DNA of 64,000 bases from an uncultured Actinomycetes bacterium (GTDB lineage: Bacteria; Actinomycetota; UBA4738; HRBIN12), in NCBI GenBank assembly GCA_963704725.1, contig OY969934.1, positions 1,792,001 through 1,856,000 on the forward strand. Reading direction: 5' to 3'. A program made the translations under genes and the position numbers. The notes under the pieces were generated by a model. That model saw only the letters and a list, made by a program, of their open reading frames with translations, was not told the origin of the DNA and did no database searches. Shown one piece after another: positions 39,130-47,474 of this stretch. The stretch's first letter is position 1. Every line of letters starts with the position of its first letter.

Positions 39130-40316
39130 ACCTCTCGCAATCTCGCCGAGGGTGGGAGCACCAGGATCTCCCAGCCCGAACGGGACATCGACAGCTGTGC
39201 CTGGGACGCCCGCCCCTCGAGCTGCGCCCGCCGGTCCGCGGGCAGGGTGTCGGGCTCGGTGGGGTGCACGAACACCCCGATCTTGGGACCGAAGGTCGCC
39301 CCCGTCCGGATCAGGGAAGCGAGTTCACCCGGCGGCGGGGGCGCGCCGACCACCACCAGGGTGGTGTCGCTGGCGGCCACCATCCGCAGCCGAGTCAGGC
39401 CGGAGGTGAGCGCTCGCGTGGTGTGGTGGGCCACGCCCGCCAGGGTCTCCAGCAGCTGCTCCTCTCCGACGCGCTGTGGCGGGAGCTGCGTCGTGGCCAG
39501 CTTGACCCCAAAGCCATAGCGCATCAGGAGGATGCCGACCGAGGCCGCGCACGAGACGACCTTCTCGAAGCACGCCCCGCGCGTCTGGCCGACGGCCGAG
39601 TCCCGCAGGTCGACGAACAGGACGGCGGTGGAGCGTCGCGTGGACTCGTCCTGGCGGATCATGAGCTCGCCGCTGCGGGCCACGCTCGCCCAGTGGATGC
39701 GCCGCAGGTCGTCGCCCTCGACGTAGGGGCGCATCGTGTAGAACTCGTCGCCGGTGCGGAACAGGTGCTTGGCCAGCGCGAGACCGCTGGTCATGCCGAA
39801 CGGGGAGTCGGGTCCGCCGGTGAGCGTCTCGACCTCGGGCGCCACCACCAGGTCCTCGCGCTCGTCGAACTCGACCCGGAGCTTGGTGAGCGCGAACGGG
39901 TCCGATAGGTCCACCGAGAGCGGCCCGAGCGTGTACCGCCCCCGCTGCCGTGGCGTGAGCGAGTACCGCACCCGCTGCCGATCCTTGCCGGCGAGGGAGG
40001 CGATGACCAATCGGGCCGAGCGCCCGAGCGCCGGCGGAAGGCGGTCCTCGATGAGCAGGAACGAGGTCTGGGTGGGGGACTGGTTCTCCACCTCGAGCTC
40101 GACGTAGACGCGCTGACCGGGCTGGATGCGACCCTCGGACAGGCGGCGGCGGATCCGCAGCCGCTGGCGGCTCCACCTGGCGAACAGCGACGCCCCGAAC
40201 GGGAGCACCACGAGACCGACCGCGATCATGTGCAGGGTGGTCGAGCCGAGAACGCGGCCGGCGGCCCACAGGGCGATCCCTGCGGCGAAGACGAGCACGC
40301 CGCGGCCGGAGGGCAC
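39084..40316 (-). CDS. DUF58 protein
   Basis: RGRY.LGPL, DPFAL, RPYVEGDDLRRIHW..AR..LMIRQDE; lies between moxR and the transglutaminase gene. Confidence 0.9.
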   Translation of the reverse strand: MPSGRGVLVFAAGIALWAAGRVLGSTTLHMIAVGLVVLPFGASLFARWSRQRLRIRRRLSEGRIQPGQRVYVELEVENQSPTQTSFLLIEDRLPPALGRSARLVIASLAGKDRQRVRYSLTPRQRGRYTLGPLSVDLSDPFALTKLRVEFDEREDLVVAPEVETLTGGPDSPFGMTSGLALAKHLFRTGDEFYTMRPYVEGDDLRRIHWASVARSGELMIRQDESTRRSTAVLFVDLRDSAVGQTRGACFEKVVSCAASVGILLMRYGFGVKLATTQLPPQRVGEEQLLETLAGVAHHTTRALTSGLTRLRMVAASDTTLVVVGAPPPPGELASLIRTGATFGPKIGVFVHPTEPDTLPADRRAQLEGRASQAQLSMSRSGWEILVLPPSARLREVWHASRTRPLVVSGS

Positions 40317-40318
40317 GC

Positions 40319-41296
40319 TCAGGCCGTCCCGGTCACCGGCACCGCGACCTCGGAGACGAGCTCTTGGAGCACCGCCTGCGAGGTCCTGCCGCCCATCACG
40401 GCATCGGCCGTGACGATGATGCGGTGCGCGAGCACCGGGATGACCAGGGCCTTCACATCGTCCGGGACGACGTAGTCGCGCTCGCCCGAGGCCGCGATGG
40501 CGCGGGCGGCCCGAAGGAGCATGATCGAGGCCCGCGGGCTGGCGCCGAGGTAGACGTCCGGGTGTCGGCGGGTCGCCTCCACCAGGTCGACGATGTAGCG
40601 GCGGACGCCGGGAGCCACGTGGACCTGCCGCGCCTGCTCGATCATGTCCCGGACCTCGAGCGCGTCGGCCACCGGCGAGATGTCGGTCAGCGTCGAGTGC
40701 ACCCCGTGCGTGGCCAGGATCTCGGCCTCCACGTCGGAGGTGGGGTAGCCGATCGCGATCCGCATCATGAACCGGTCGAGCTGGGCCTCGGGCAGGGGAT
40801 AGGTGCCCTCGTGCTCGATGGGGTTCTGCGTGGCGATCACCATGAACGGCGCGCCGAGCTGGTACGTCTCGGTGTCGATCGTGACCTGCCGCTCCTCCAT
40901 GCACTCGAGGAGAGCCGACTGGGTCTTGGGACTGGCCCGGTTGATCTCGTCGCCGAGCACAATGTTGGCGAAGATGGCGCCGGGTCGGAACTCGAAGTCC
41001 CCGCGCTCCTGGTTGAACACGTTCACGCCCGTGATGTCCGTGGGCAGCAGGTCCGGGGTGAACTGGATCCGGCGGAAGGAGCAGTCGATCGAGCGAGCGA
41101 TGGCCTTGGCCAGCATGGTCTTTCCCACGCCGGGAACGTCCTCGATCAGGACGTGCCCCTCCGCGACCAGGGCGGCGAGGGCCAGGCGGATCTCCGGCAC
41201 CTTGCCCTGGACGACCTTCTCGACGTTCTGCTCGATGTCGGTGAACCGCGCGGCGAACCGCTGCCAGTCGGGATGCGATCGCTCTCGGGCCTCCAA
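40319..41296 (-). CDS. moxR: MoxR-family AAA+ ATPase
   Basis: DVPGVGKT, RIQFTPDLLP, DEINRA, ATQNP, LPEAQLDRF, GASPR; TTG start after GGAGG; TAAGAT -10 upstream. Confidence 0.93.
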   Translation of the reverse strand: MEARERSHPDWQRFAARFTDIEQNVEKVVQGKVPEIRLALAALVAEGHVLIEDVPGVGKTMLAKAIARSIDCSFRRIQFTPDLLPTDITGVNVFNQERGDFEFRPGAIFANIVLGDEINRASPKTQSALLECMEERQVTIDTETYQLGAPFMVIATQNPIEHEGTYPLPEAQLDRFMMRIAIGYPTSDVEAEILATHGVHSTLTDISPVADALEVRDMIEQARQVHVAPGVRRYIVDLVEATRRHPDVYLGASPRASIMLLRAARAIAASGERDYVVPDDVKALVIPVLAHRIIVTADAVMGGRTSQAVLQELVSEVAVPVTGTA

Positions 41297-41535
41297 CGGG
41301 ACCTCCGGGAAGTCAGGGCCGGAACATCTTACCGAGGTGTACGTATCCGGCGGCCCGCCGGTTCCCGCGGGCCTGCAGCGCTTGGACCGACCCCGTTCCC
41401 GGGAGGTTCCCGGCCAGTCAAACTGTGCAGGCGGAGCCCGGAGCTCCCCACGACCGTTCCGATCCAACCGATGACGCCGGCTGGTGCCGTGACCACCAGG
41501 GTGTTGGCCTCAAGTAGCGCGAAGCGCGATAGGCC

Positions 41536-41569
41536 CCGATGAGGCTTCGCGAACGCGAAGCCTCATCGG
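41536..41569. repeat. Perfect 15-bp hairpin
   Basis: CCGATGAGGCTTCGC-GAAC-GCGAAGCCTCATCGG. Confidence 0.7.
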
Positions 41570-41570
41570 C

Positions 41571-41676
41571 AAAGAAAAGAGAGAGCGGCGGTGGTGCACC
41601 CGATCGCTGGACGCCCCGCGCGGCCCCTTTTGTTCGCTACTCCAGGCGTCCTATCGAGCGCACGGCCACCGCCGCC
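41571..41676 (-). ncRNA. Candidate small RNA: ~91-nt interrupted rod plus a pyrimidine tail
   Basis: 5' and 3' ends pair in three helices (9, 11 and 7 bp); G-U pairs form only on the minus strand; tail UCUCUUUUCUUU; promoter TTGATG-17-TGTGAT 6 nt upstream. Confidence 0.55.
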
Positions 41677-41681
41677 TGACG

Positions 41682-41711
41682 AATCACAACATCGGGATTC
41701 GATCACATCAA
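41682..41711 (-). promoter_or_regulatory. Promoter of the candidate sRNA with an overlapping McdR-type operator
   Basis: AATCACAACATCGGGATT (41682-41699) matches 10 of 12 fixed positions of AATnACAnnnnTGTnATT and covers the -10. Confidence 0.45.
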
Positions 41712-41762
41712 GCACCCCAGCCGGGTTCTTGTGGTGCCTGCGCTACACTCGCCGGGACCCCT

Positions 41763-42245
41763 ATGGGACGAGCACTGGTGCTCAACGCTTCGCACCAACC
41801 TCTCGCGGTGGTCTCTGCGCGGAGGGCGGTCGTGCTCGTCCTGAAGGAGAAGGCCGAGGTCCTGGCTTCGGACGGGCAGGTGTTCCGATCGGAACGACTG
41901 TCCCTCGATGCCCCCTCGGTGCTCCGTCTGCGGCAGTTCGTTCGAGTCCCCTATCGCGCGACCGCGCCGCTCACCCGCCGCGCCGTCTTCGCGCGTGACG
42001 ATTGGTCCTGTCAGTACTGCGGCGCGCCGGCGGAGAACCTCGACCACGTCGTGCCGAAGTCTCGCGGCGGCACCCACACGTGGGACAACGTCGTCGCCGC
42101 CTGCCGCCGCTGCAACTCGAGGAAGGAGAACCGGCTGATCGAGGACGCCGGGCTCCGCCTCGCCCACCGGCCGGTGGCGCCGGCGGACGGGTTCCGACTC
42201 TCGCTCGGGCGTCTGGAGCCCGAGTGGGTGCCGTTCCTGGCCTGA
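41763..42245 (+). CDS. HNH endonuclease (McrA-like, LVLNA family)
   Basis: RALVLNAS, VFARD..CQYCG, DHVVPKSRGG, WDNVVAACRRCN..K. Confidence 0.9.
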   Translation: MGRALVLNASHQPLAVVSARRAVVLVLKEKAEVLASDGQVFRSERLSLDAPSVLRLRQFVRVPYRATAPLTRRAVFARDDWSCQYCGAPAENLDHVVPKSRGGTHTWDNVVAACRRCNSRKENRLIEDAGLRLAHRPVAPADGFRLSLGRLEPEWVPFLA

Positions 42246-42314
42246 TCCTCGGCCGCATCCTTCGCCCGAACCCCACTGGAACCCCTCATTGAGGGCCATT
42301 TCTGCCATGACTCC

Positions 42315-42369
42315 TTGACGCAGTGGAGTGCAAGTGGCATAAGAGTGGAGCGCAGTGGAGGAGAAGGGG
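42315..42369 (+). promoter_or_regulatory. dcw promoter with MraZ-binding direct repeats
   Basis: TTGACG at 42315; AGTGG at 42322, 42333, 42344 and 42354 (10-11 nt period), plus AGGGG at 42365. Confidence 0.85.
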
Positions 42370-42376
42370 AGGACGC

Positions 42377-42823
42377 GTGGCCGAACTTCTCGGCACGCAC
42401 AGCTATCAGCTCGACCCGAAGGGGCGCATCAGCCTGCCCGGCCGCTTCCGTGACGCCTTCGCCGAAGGTGCGGTGCTGACGCTGGGGCAGGACGGGTGCC
42501 TCTTCTGCTTCCCCAGGGCCGAGTGGGAGGCCCGGGCGGCCGAGGTCCGCAGCCTCCCCCTCTCCGACGCCGAGAGCCGGGCGTACTCGCGCATGTTCTT
42601 CGGTAAGGCGGAGGCCGTCGATCTCGACGCCCAGGGGCGACTGCTCGTGCCGCAGCGCCTGCGCGCCGAGGTCGGCATCCGCAAGGAGGCCGTGGTGCTC
42701 GGTGTCTTCGACCGGATGGAGATCTGGGACCGCCAGACCCACGAGCGCTACGAGTCGGGGCACGACGGCGCCTACCAGTCCGGTGCCCTCGCACCGGGGG
42801 GAACGAGAGGGGCAGCGGGATGA
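42377..42823 (+). CDS. mraZ: Division/cell wall cluster regulator MraZ
   Basis: LGTHSYQLDPKGRISLP, LDAQGRLLVP, DRMEIWD. Confidence 0.95.
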   Translation: MAELLGTHSYQLDPKGRISLPGRFRDAFAEGAVLTLGQDGCLFCFPRAEWEARAAEVRSLPLSDAESRAYSRMFFGKAEAVDLDAQGRLLVPQRLRAEVGIRKEAVVLGVFDRMEIWDRQTHERYESGHDGAYQSGALAPGGTRGAAG

Positions 42824-42936
42824 GGCAACCGCTCCACCATGAGGTTCGACAGAGCTTGTGGCTGATCGTGCTGGCCGCCGCCACGATGGCCGTGTACCTG
42901 GGCGTCGGGCTGCTGGCGGTCCGCGTCTTCGGATGA
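42820..42936 (+). CDS. Small membrane protein (38 aa) between mraZ and rsmH, not in the ORF track
   Basis: MRQPLHHEVRQSLWLIVLAAATMAVYLGVGLLAVRVFG; ATGA overlap with the mraZ stop; GAGAGGGG RBS; stop 10 nt before rsmH. Confidence 0.7.
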   Translation: MRQPLHHEVRQSLWLIVLAAATMAVYLGVGLLAVRVFG

Positions 42937-42946
42937 GGGCCGGGCC

Positions 42947-43801
42947 ATGGCCGACGCCGGGCACGAGCCCGTCATGGTCGCCGAGGTGCTCCGTTTCCTC
43001 GGGGGCGGGGGAACCGTGATCGACCTGACCCTCGGCGCGGGCGGGCACGCCGAAGCCCTGCTCGACTCCGGCGTCGAACGCCTCGTCGGCGTCGATCGCG
43101 ACCCCCAGGCAATCGAGCTCGCCACCGCCCGTCTGGCGCGGTTCGGCGAGCGGTTCCGCGCCGTCCGGGCCCGGTTCTCGAGCGTGCCCGCGGAGAACCG
43201 GGCGGACGGCGTGCTCTTCGACCTCGGCGTGAGCTCGATGCAACTCGACCAGGCCGAGCGCGGCTTCTCGTTCCGGAGAGAGGGCCCGCTCGACATGCGC
43301 ATGGAGCCCGAGGGCGAGAGCGCCATGGACCTGGTGAACTCGGCGCCCGAGGACGAGCTCGCCCGGATCCTGTTCGAGTACGGCGAGGAGCGCCGCTCTC
43401 GCCGCGTGGCCGGCGCGATCGTTCGAGCCCGGGCCCGGGCGCCGATCGCGACGACCGACCAGCTCGCCCGTGTGGTCGCGGGCGCCCTGGGGGCGAACCG
43501 GGGCGGCCCCCACCCCGCTCGCCGCACGTTCCAGGCGCTCCGCGTCGCGGTCAACCGGGAGCTCGAGGAGCTCGCCGCCTCCCTGCCTCGGGCGGCCGAT
43601 CTCCTCGCTCCCGGTGGCCGCCTCGTGGCGATCTCCTACCACTCTCTCGAGGACCGAACCGTCAAGCGCTTCCTCACCGGCCGACCCGATCTCGAGGTCC
43701 TCACGAAGAAGCCCCTGACCCCCTCGAAGTCCGAACGGGCGAGGAACCCGCGATCCCGCGCCGCCAAGCTCCGAGCCGCCCAGAAGCGGGAAGCGGCATG
43801 A
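42947..43801 (+). CDS. rsmH: 16S rRNA m4C1402 methyltransferase
   Basis: HEPVM, DLTLGAGGHA, DLGVSSMQLD, PLDMRM, FQALRVAVN, SYHSLEDR, NPRSRAAKLR. Confidence 0.96.
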   Translation: MADAGHEPVMVAEVLRFLGGGGTVIDLTLGAGGHAEALLDSGVERLVGVDRDPQAIELATARLARFGERFRAVRARFSSVPAENRADGVLFDLGVSSMQLDQAERGFSFRREGPLDMRMEPEGESAMDLVNSAPEDELARILFEYGEERRSRRVAGAIVRARARAPIATTDQLARVVAGALGANRGGPHPARRTFQALRVAVNRELEELAASLPRAADLLAPGGRLVAISYHSLEDRTVKRFLTGRPDLEVLTKKPLTPSKSERARNPRSRAAKLRAAQKREAA

Positions 43802-44244
43802 GCCTCCCCGCCCGCCAGCTCCCCACCCCAGCCCCTCAGCGTCGAGCCCCAGCCAGGCCGACGAAGCGAGGAGACGGAGCGAAGCGCCCCCTGCGGAGCG
43901 AGGCTCCTCGGGGTACCACGCGAAGGCGCCGTAAGCACCAGCTTGGATTCGCCGTCTTCGCCTCCACCATCGTCGGCATGATGGTGCTCGCGATCGTCGT
44001 CCTGCACGTCCTGCTCGCCCAGCAGTCGTTCCGCATCGATGCCGCGGAGCAGCGCGTCGATGCGCTCACGCAGGCACGCCTGCGGCTGGTCACCGAGCAG
44101 GCCACCCTGTCCGCTCCCGGCCGGATCGCCGATTGGGCGTCCCGGCACGGCATGCGTCTCCCCGACGACATCCGGATCCTCCGCGCGCCGAACGGCCCGT
44201 CGGACCCGGCCGGGGCGGGCACCGCATCCGGGGACGAGGGATAG
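43798..44244 (+). CDS. ftsL: Cell division protein FtsL-like
   Basis: Position between rsmH and ftsI; one TM helix, coiled coil, LSAPGRI..A...GM. Confidence 0.8.
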   Translation: MSLPARQLPTPAPQRRAPARPTKRGDGAKRPLRSEAPRGTTRRRRKHQLGFAVFASTIVGMMVLAIVVLHVLLAQQSFRIDAAEQRVDALTQARLRLVTEQATLSAPGRIADWASRHGMRLPDDIRILRAPNGPSDPAGAGTASGDEG

Positions 44245-44247
44245 GCG

Positions 44248-45963
44248 ATGCCGCGGCCTCCGGTCGGGCGCCTGGTCGCCCTGCTCTGCGTCCTGTCGAT
44301 CGCCTTCGGAGCGATCTTCATCCGGCTGTCCGTGCTCCAGGTCAGCCAGGCCGCCGACCTGCAGGCCCGGGCGGCGAGCGAGCGCATCACCACCGTCGAC
44401 CTCCCGGCCCAGCGCGGCCGGATCCTCGACCGGACCGGCGATCCGCTGGCGCTGTCGATGCCGGCGCGTGACGTCTACGCCAACCCCCACTTCGTCGTCG
44501 ATGTGGAGGGGGCCGCCGCGAGGCTCTCGCCGGTGCTCGGGCAGCGCCCCCGCGCCCTGGTCGAGGAGCTCACCGCCGACACCACCTTCGTGTTCCTGGC
44601 CAGGCAGGTCGATCTCGACGTCGCGGATCGCATCGCGGACATGGACATCCCCGGGATCGGGTTCCTCCCGGTCAGCAAGCGCTACTACCCGGCCGGTCCC
44701 CTCGCCGGGCAGGTCCTGGGGTTCGTGAACGTCGACGGCGAGGGCATCGCCGGACTCGAGCTCCAGTACCAGAGCCTCCTGGCCGGGGTGCCCGGCGAGC
44801 GGAGCCAGGAGCTCGACCCCTCCGGACGTCCGATCGTCGGCGGCGTCGACGTCCAGCGGCCGCCGGTCGCCGGGTCCACGATCGAGACGACGATCGATCG
44901 CGAGCTCCAGTTCCAGGCGCAGGCGGCGCTGCGGGAGGCAGTGGAGTCCCAGCACGCGAGGGGTGGCACGGTCGTGGTGATGGACCCCCGCACCGGGGAC
45001 GTCCTGGCCATGGCCAGCTATCCCTGGTTCGACCCCAATCACTTCTCGGAGGCCAACCCCGCCACGTACCGCAACCGGGCGGTCACCGACATGTTCGAGC
45101 CCGGATCGACGAACAAGGTGATCACGGCGGCAGCCGCCGTCCAGGAGCACGCGCTGCCGCTCGACCAGCGCCTCGCGGTGCCCTGGACGATGCCGGTGGG
45201 GGAGTTCACGATCCACGACTCCCATCCCCACCCGGTCATGCGCATGACGCTCGGCGACATCATCGCGGAGTCGAGCAACATCGGCGCCGTGCAGGTGGCG
45301 AACCTCCTCGGCGCGGGGGACATGGCGGCGTACCTGTCCCGATTCGGGATCGGACACCGGACGGGCATCGGGTTCCCCGGTGAGGCCGCCGGCCTCACGC
45401 TCCCGCTCTACGAGTGGACCGACACGACCCTGGCCACGAGCGCCTACGGCCAGGGGCTGGCGGCGACCCTGCTGCAGATGGTCACGGTGTACGCCACGAT
45501 CGCGAACGACGGACGGTGGGTGCAGCCGCGGCTCGTTCGCGCCACGATCGATCCCGACGGCACGCGACACGTCGCGGCGCCGTCCCCGACCCGCCGGGTC
45601 GTCTCGGCCGAGAACGCCGACATGGTGAGCCGGATGCTCGCGTACGCCGTGGCCAACGGGACCGGGACGAACGCGCAGATCGCCGGATACCAGGTCGCCG
45701 GGAAGACCGGGACGGCGCGGATCCCCAGGTCCGATGGCCCCGGCTACCTCGTCGGGCAGTACAAGGCCTCGTTCATCGGCTACCTGCCGGCGAGCGATCC
45801 CCGCGTGGTGATCGCCGCGGTCCTGGACCGGCCGGCCCAGGTCTACGGCGGGCTCGCCTCCGCCCCGCTGTTCCAGCGGGTGGCCCGGGCCGCCATCGCC
45901 CGCCTCGGCATCGAGCCGGCCGAGCCCCTGCCGCTGCCACCTCATGCGCTGCCGGTCCCATGA
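44248..45963 (+). CDS. ftsI: Class B penicillin-binding protein FtsI
   Basis: RGRILDR, RYYP, GLE, EPGSTNK (SxxK), SSN, KTG. Confidence 0.95.
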   Translation: MPRPPVGRLVALLCVLSIAFGAIFIRLSVLQVSQAADLQARAASERITTVDLPAQRGRILDRTGDPLALSMPARDVYANPHFVVDVEGAAARLSPVLGQRPRALVEELTADTTFVFLARQVDLDVADRIADMDIPGIGFLPVSKRYYPAGPLAGQVLGFVNVDGEGIAGLELQYQSLLAGVPGERSQELDPSGRPIVGGVDVQRPPVAGSTIETTIDRELQFQAQAALREAVESQHARGGTVVVMDPRTGDVLAMASYPWFDPNHFSEANPATYRNRAVTDMFEPGSTNKVITAAAAVQEHALPLDQRLAVPWTMPVGEFTIHDSHPHPVMRMTLGDIIAESSNIGAVQVANLLGAGDMAAYLSRFGIGHRTGIGFPGEAAGLTLPLYEWTDTTLATSAYGQGLAATLLQMVTVYATIANDGRWVQPRLVRATIDPDGTRHVAAPSPTRRVVSAENADMVSRMLAYAVANGTGTNAQIAGYQVAGKTGTARIPRSDGPGYLVGQYKASFIGYLPASDPRVVIAAVLDRPAQVYGGLASAPLFQRVARAAIARLGIEPAEPLPLPPHALPVP

Positions 45964-47474
45964 TCGGGCGCGCTCTGAGGGGCGGTGACCAGGCGGTAGG
46001 CTCCCTGTCCGTGGCCCCCCGCCCCCGCTCTGCGTCCCTGTCCGACCTGGTCGCGGACCTCCCCGACGCCGAGCTCCTCGGCGACGGTGCGGCAGCCGTG
46101 AGCCGGCTCGTCTACCGGTCCGAGGAGGCCGCTCCCGGTGCCCTGTTCTTCTGCATCCCCGGCACCCGCCTCGACGGGCACGACTACGCCGGTGACGCCG
46201 TGTCGCGGGGCGCGCTCGCGCTGGTCGTCGAGCGGCGACTCCCGCTCGACGTGGCACAGGTCCGGGTGGCGTCCGTTCGCGAGGCCATGGGACCGATCTC
46301 GGCCGCGTTCTACGGCCGGCCGGCGGAGCGGATGCGCCTGGTCGGCGTGACGGGGACGAGCGGCAAGACCACCGTGACGTACCTCCTCGAGGCCGTGTTC
46401 CGTTCGGCCGGGTGGAGGCCGGGGGTCATCGGGACGACCGGGGTGCGGATCGACGGCGACCCGGTGCCGCTCGCCCGGACCACGCCCGAGGCGCCGGACC
46501 TGCACGGCCTGCTCGCCGAGATGCTCGATCGCGGCGTCGAGGCCGTGGCGATGGAGGTGTCCTCGCACGGGCTCGAGCAGCACCGGGTGGGGGGCCTGCG
46601 GTTCGGGGTGGCCGTGTTCACGAACCTGTCCCAGGACCATCTGGACTATCACCCCTCGATGGAGGCGTACCTCGCCGCGAAGGCCGCGCTGTTCACGTCC
46701 GTCTTTACCGACCGTGCCGTGGTGAACCACGACAGCCCCGAGGGACGCAGCCTCGTCGGCCGGGTGCCGACGATCACGTTCGGGATCGACGGGGGCGCCG
46801 ACGTGCGGGCCACCGAGGTCGAGACGACGGCGGAGGGGATCCGCTTCCTCGCCGACGGGGTCCCCATCCGGTCCGCCCTGCGCGGCCTCTTCAACGTGGA
46901 GAACTGCCTGGCGGCCTTCACGACGGGGCGGACCCTCGGTCTGGACGAGCGGGCCGTGGCCGAGGCGATCGGCTCGGTCCGGGGGGTTCCGGGCCGGCTC
47001 GAGTCCGTCGAGGCCGGTCAGGACTTCCTGGTCCTCGTGGACTACGCGCACAAGCCGGACGGCGTCGAGAAGATGCTGCGGACGGCGCGGCCGCTCGCCA
47101 CGGGGCGGCTCATCGTCGTGCTCGGGTGCGGGGGGGACCGCGACCGGGGGAAGCGACCGCTGATGGGCAGGGCCGCCACGGCGAACGCGGACCTGTCCGT
47201 GATCACGAGCGACAACCCGCGCAGCGAGGACCCGCTGACCATCATCGCCGAGATCGTGCCCGGAGCCCAACAGGGTGGCGGCCGGTACGTGATCGAGCCC
47301 GATCGCCGCGCGGCGATCCACCTGGCGCTGGCCGAGGCGGGAGCCGGCGACGTGGTCGTGATCGCCGGCAAGGGGCACGAGACCTCTCAGGAGCTTGCCG
47401 ACCGCACGATCCCGTTCGACGACCGCGACGTGGCCGTCGAGGAGCTCCGAGCGCTGGGCCGGGTGCCGGCGTGA
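45960..47474 (+). CDS. murE: UDP-MurNAc-tripeptide (diaminopimelate) ligase
   Basis: GVTGTSGKTT, MEVSSH, DHLDYH, DYAH, CGGDRD, DNPR, AGKGHE. Alternative GTG at 46011 after TAGGCT. Confidence 0.95.
   Translation: MIGRALRGGDQAVGSLSVAPRPRSASLSDLVADLPDAELLGDGAAAVSRLVYRSEEAAPGALFFCIPGTRLDGHDYAGDAVSRGALALVVERRLPLDVAQVRVASVREAMGPISAAFYGRPAERMRLVGVTGTSGKTTVTYLLEAVFRSAGWRPGVIGTTGVRIDGDPVPLARTTPEAPDLHGLLAEMLDRGVEAVAMEVSSHGLEQHRVGGLRFGVAVFTNLSQDHLDYHPSMEAYLAAKAALFTSVFTDRAVVNHDSPEGRSLVGRVPTITFGIDGGADVRATEVETTAEGIRFLADGVPIRSALRGLFNVENCLAAFTTGRTLGLDERAVAEAIGSVRGVPGRLESVEAGQDFLVLVDYAHKPDGVEKMLRTARPLATGRLIVVLGCGGDRDRGKRPLMGRAATANADLSVITSDNPRSEDPLTIIAEIVPGAQQGGGRYVIEPDRRAAIHLALAEAGAGDVVVIAGKGHETSQELADRTIPFDDRDVAVEELRALGRVPA

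Noticed and set aside
36805-41296. moxR-DUF58-transglutaminase as a novel system
   Set aside because: This trio is widespread and commonly found near mraZ/rsmH in actinobacteria.
41585-41676. SRP (4.5S), 6S, 6C or Y RNA identity for the hairpin
   Set aside because: No CAGG..GNRA..AGCAG domain, too short and no central bubble for 6S, no paired C-rich loops, and no GGUCCGA Ro-binding helix.
41571-42245. HNH plus adjacent RNA as an RNA-guided IscB/HEARO-type system
   Set aside because: The 160-aa HNH has no PLMP, RuvC or bridge helix and belongs to a common stand-alone family, and the RNA is divergent with its own promoter. A link is not excluded but has no support.
42322-42369. Periodic AGTGG repeats as iterons or a mini-CRISPR
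   Set aside because: Position and 10-11 nt period fit the known MraZ operator.
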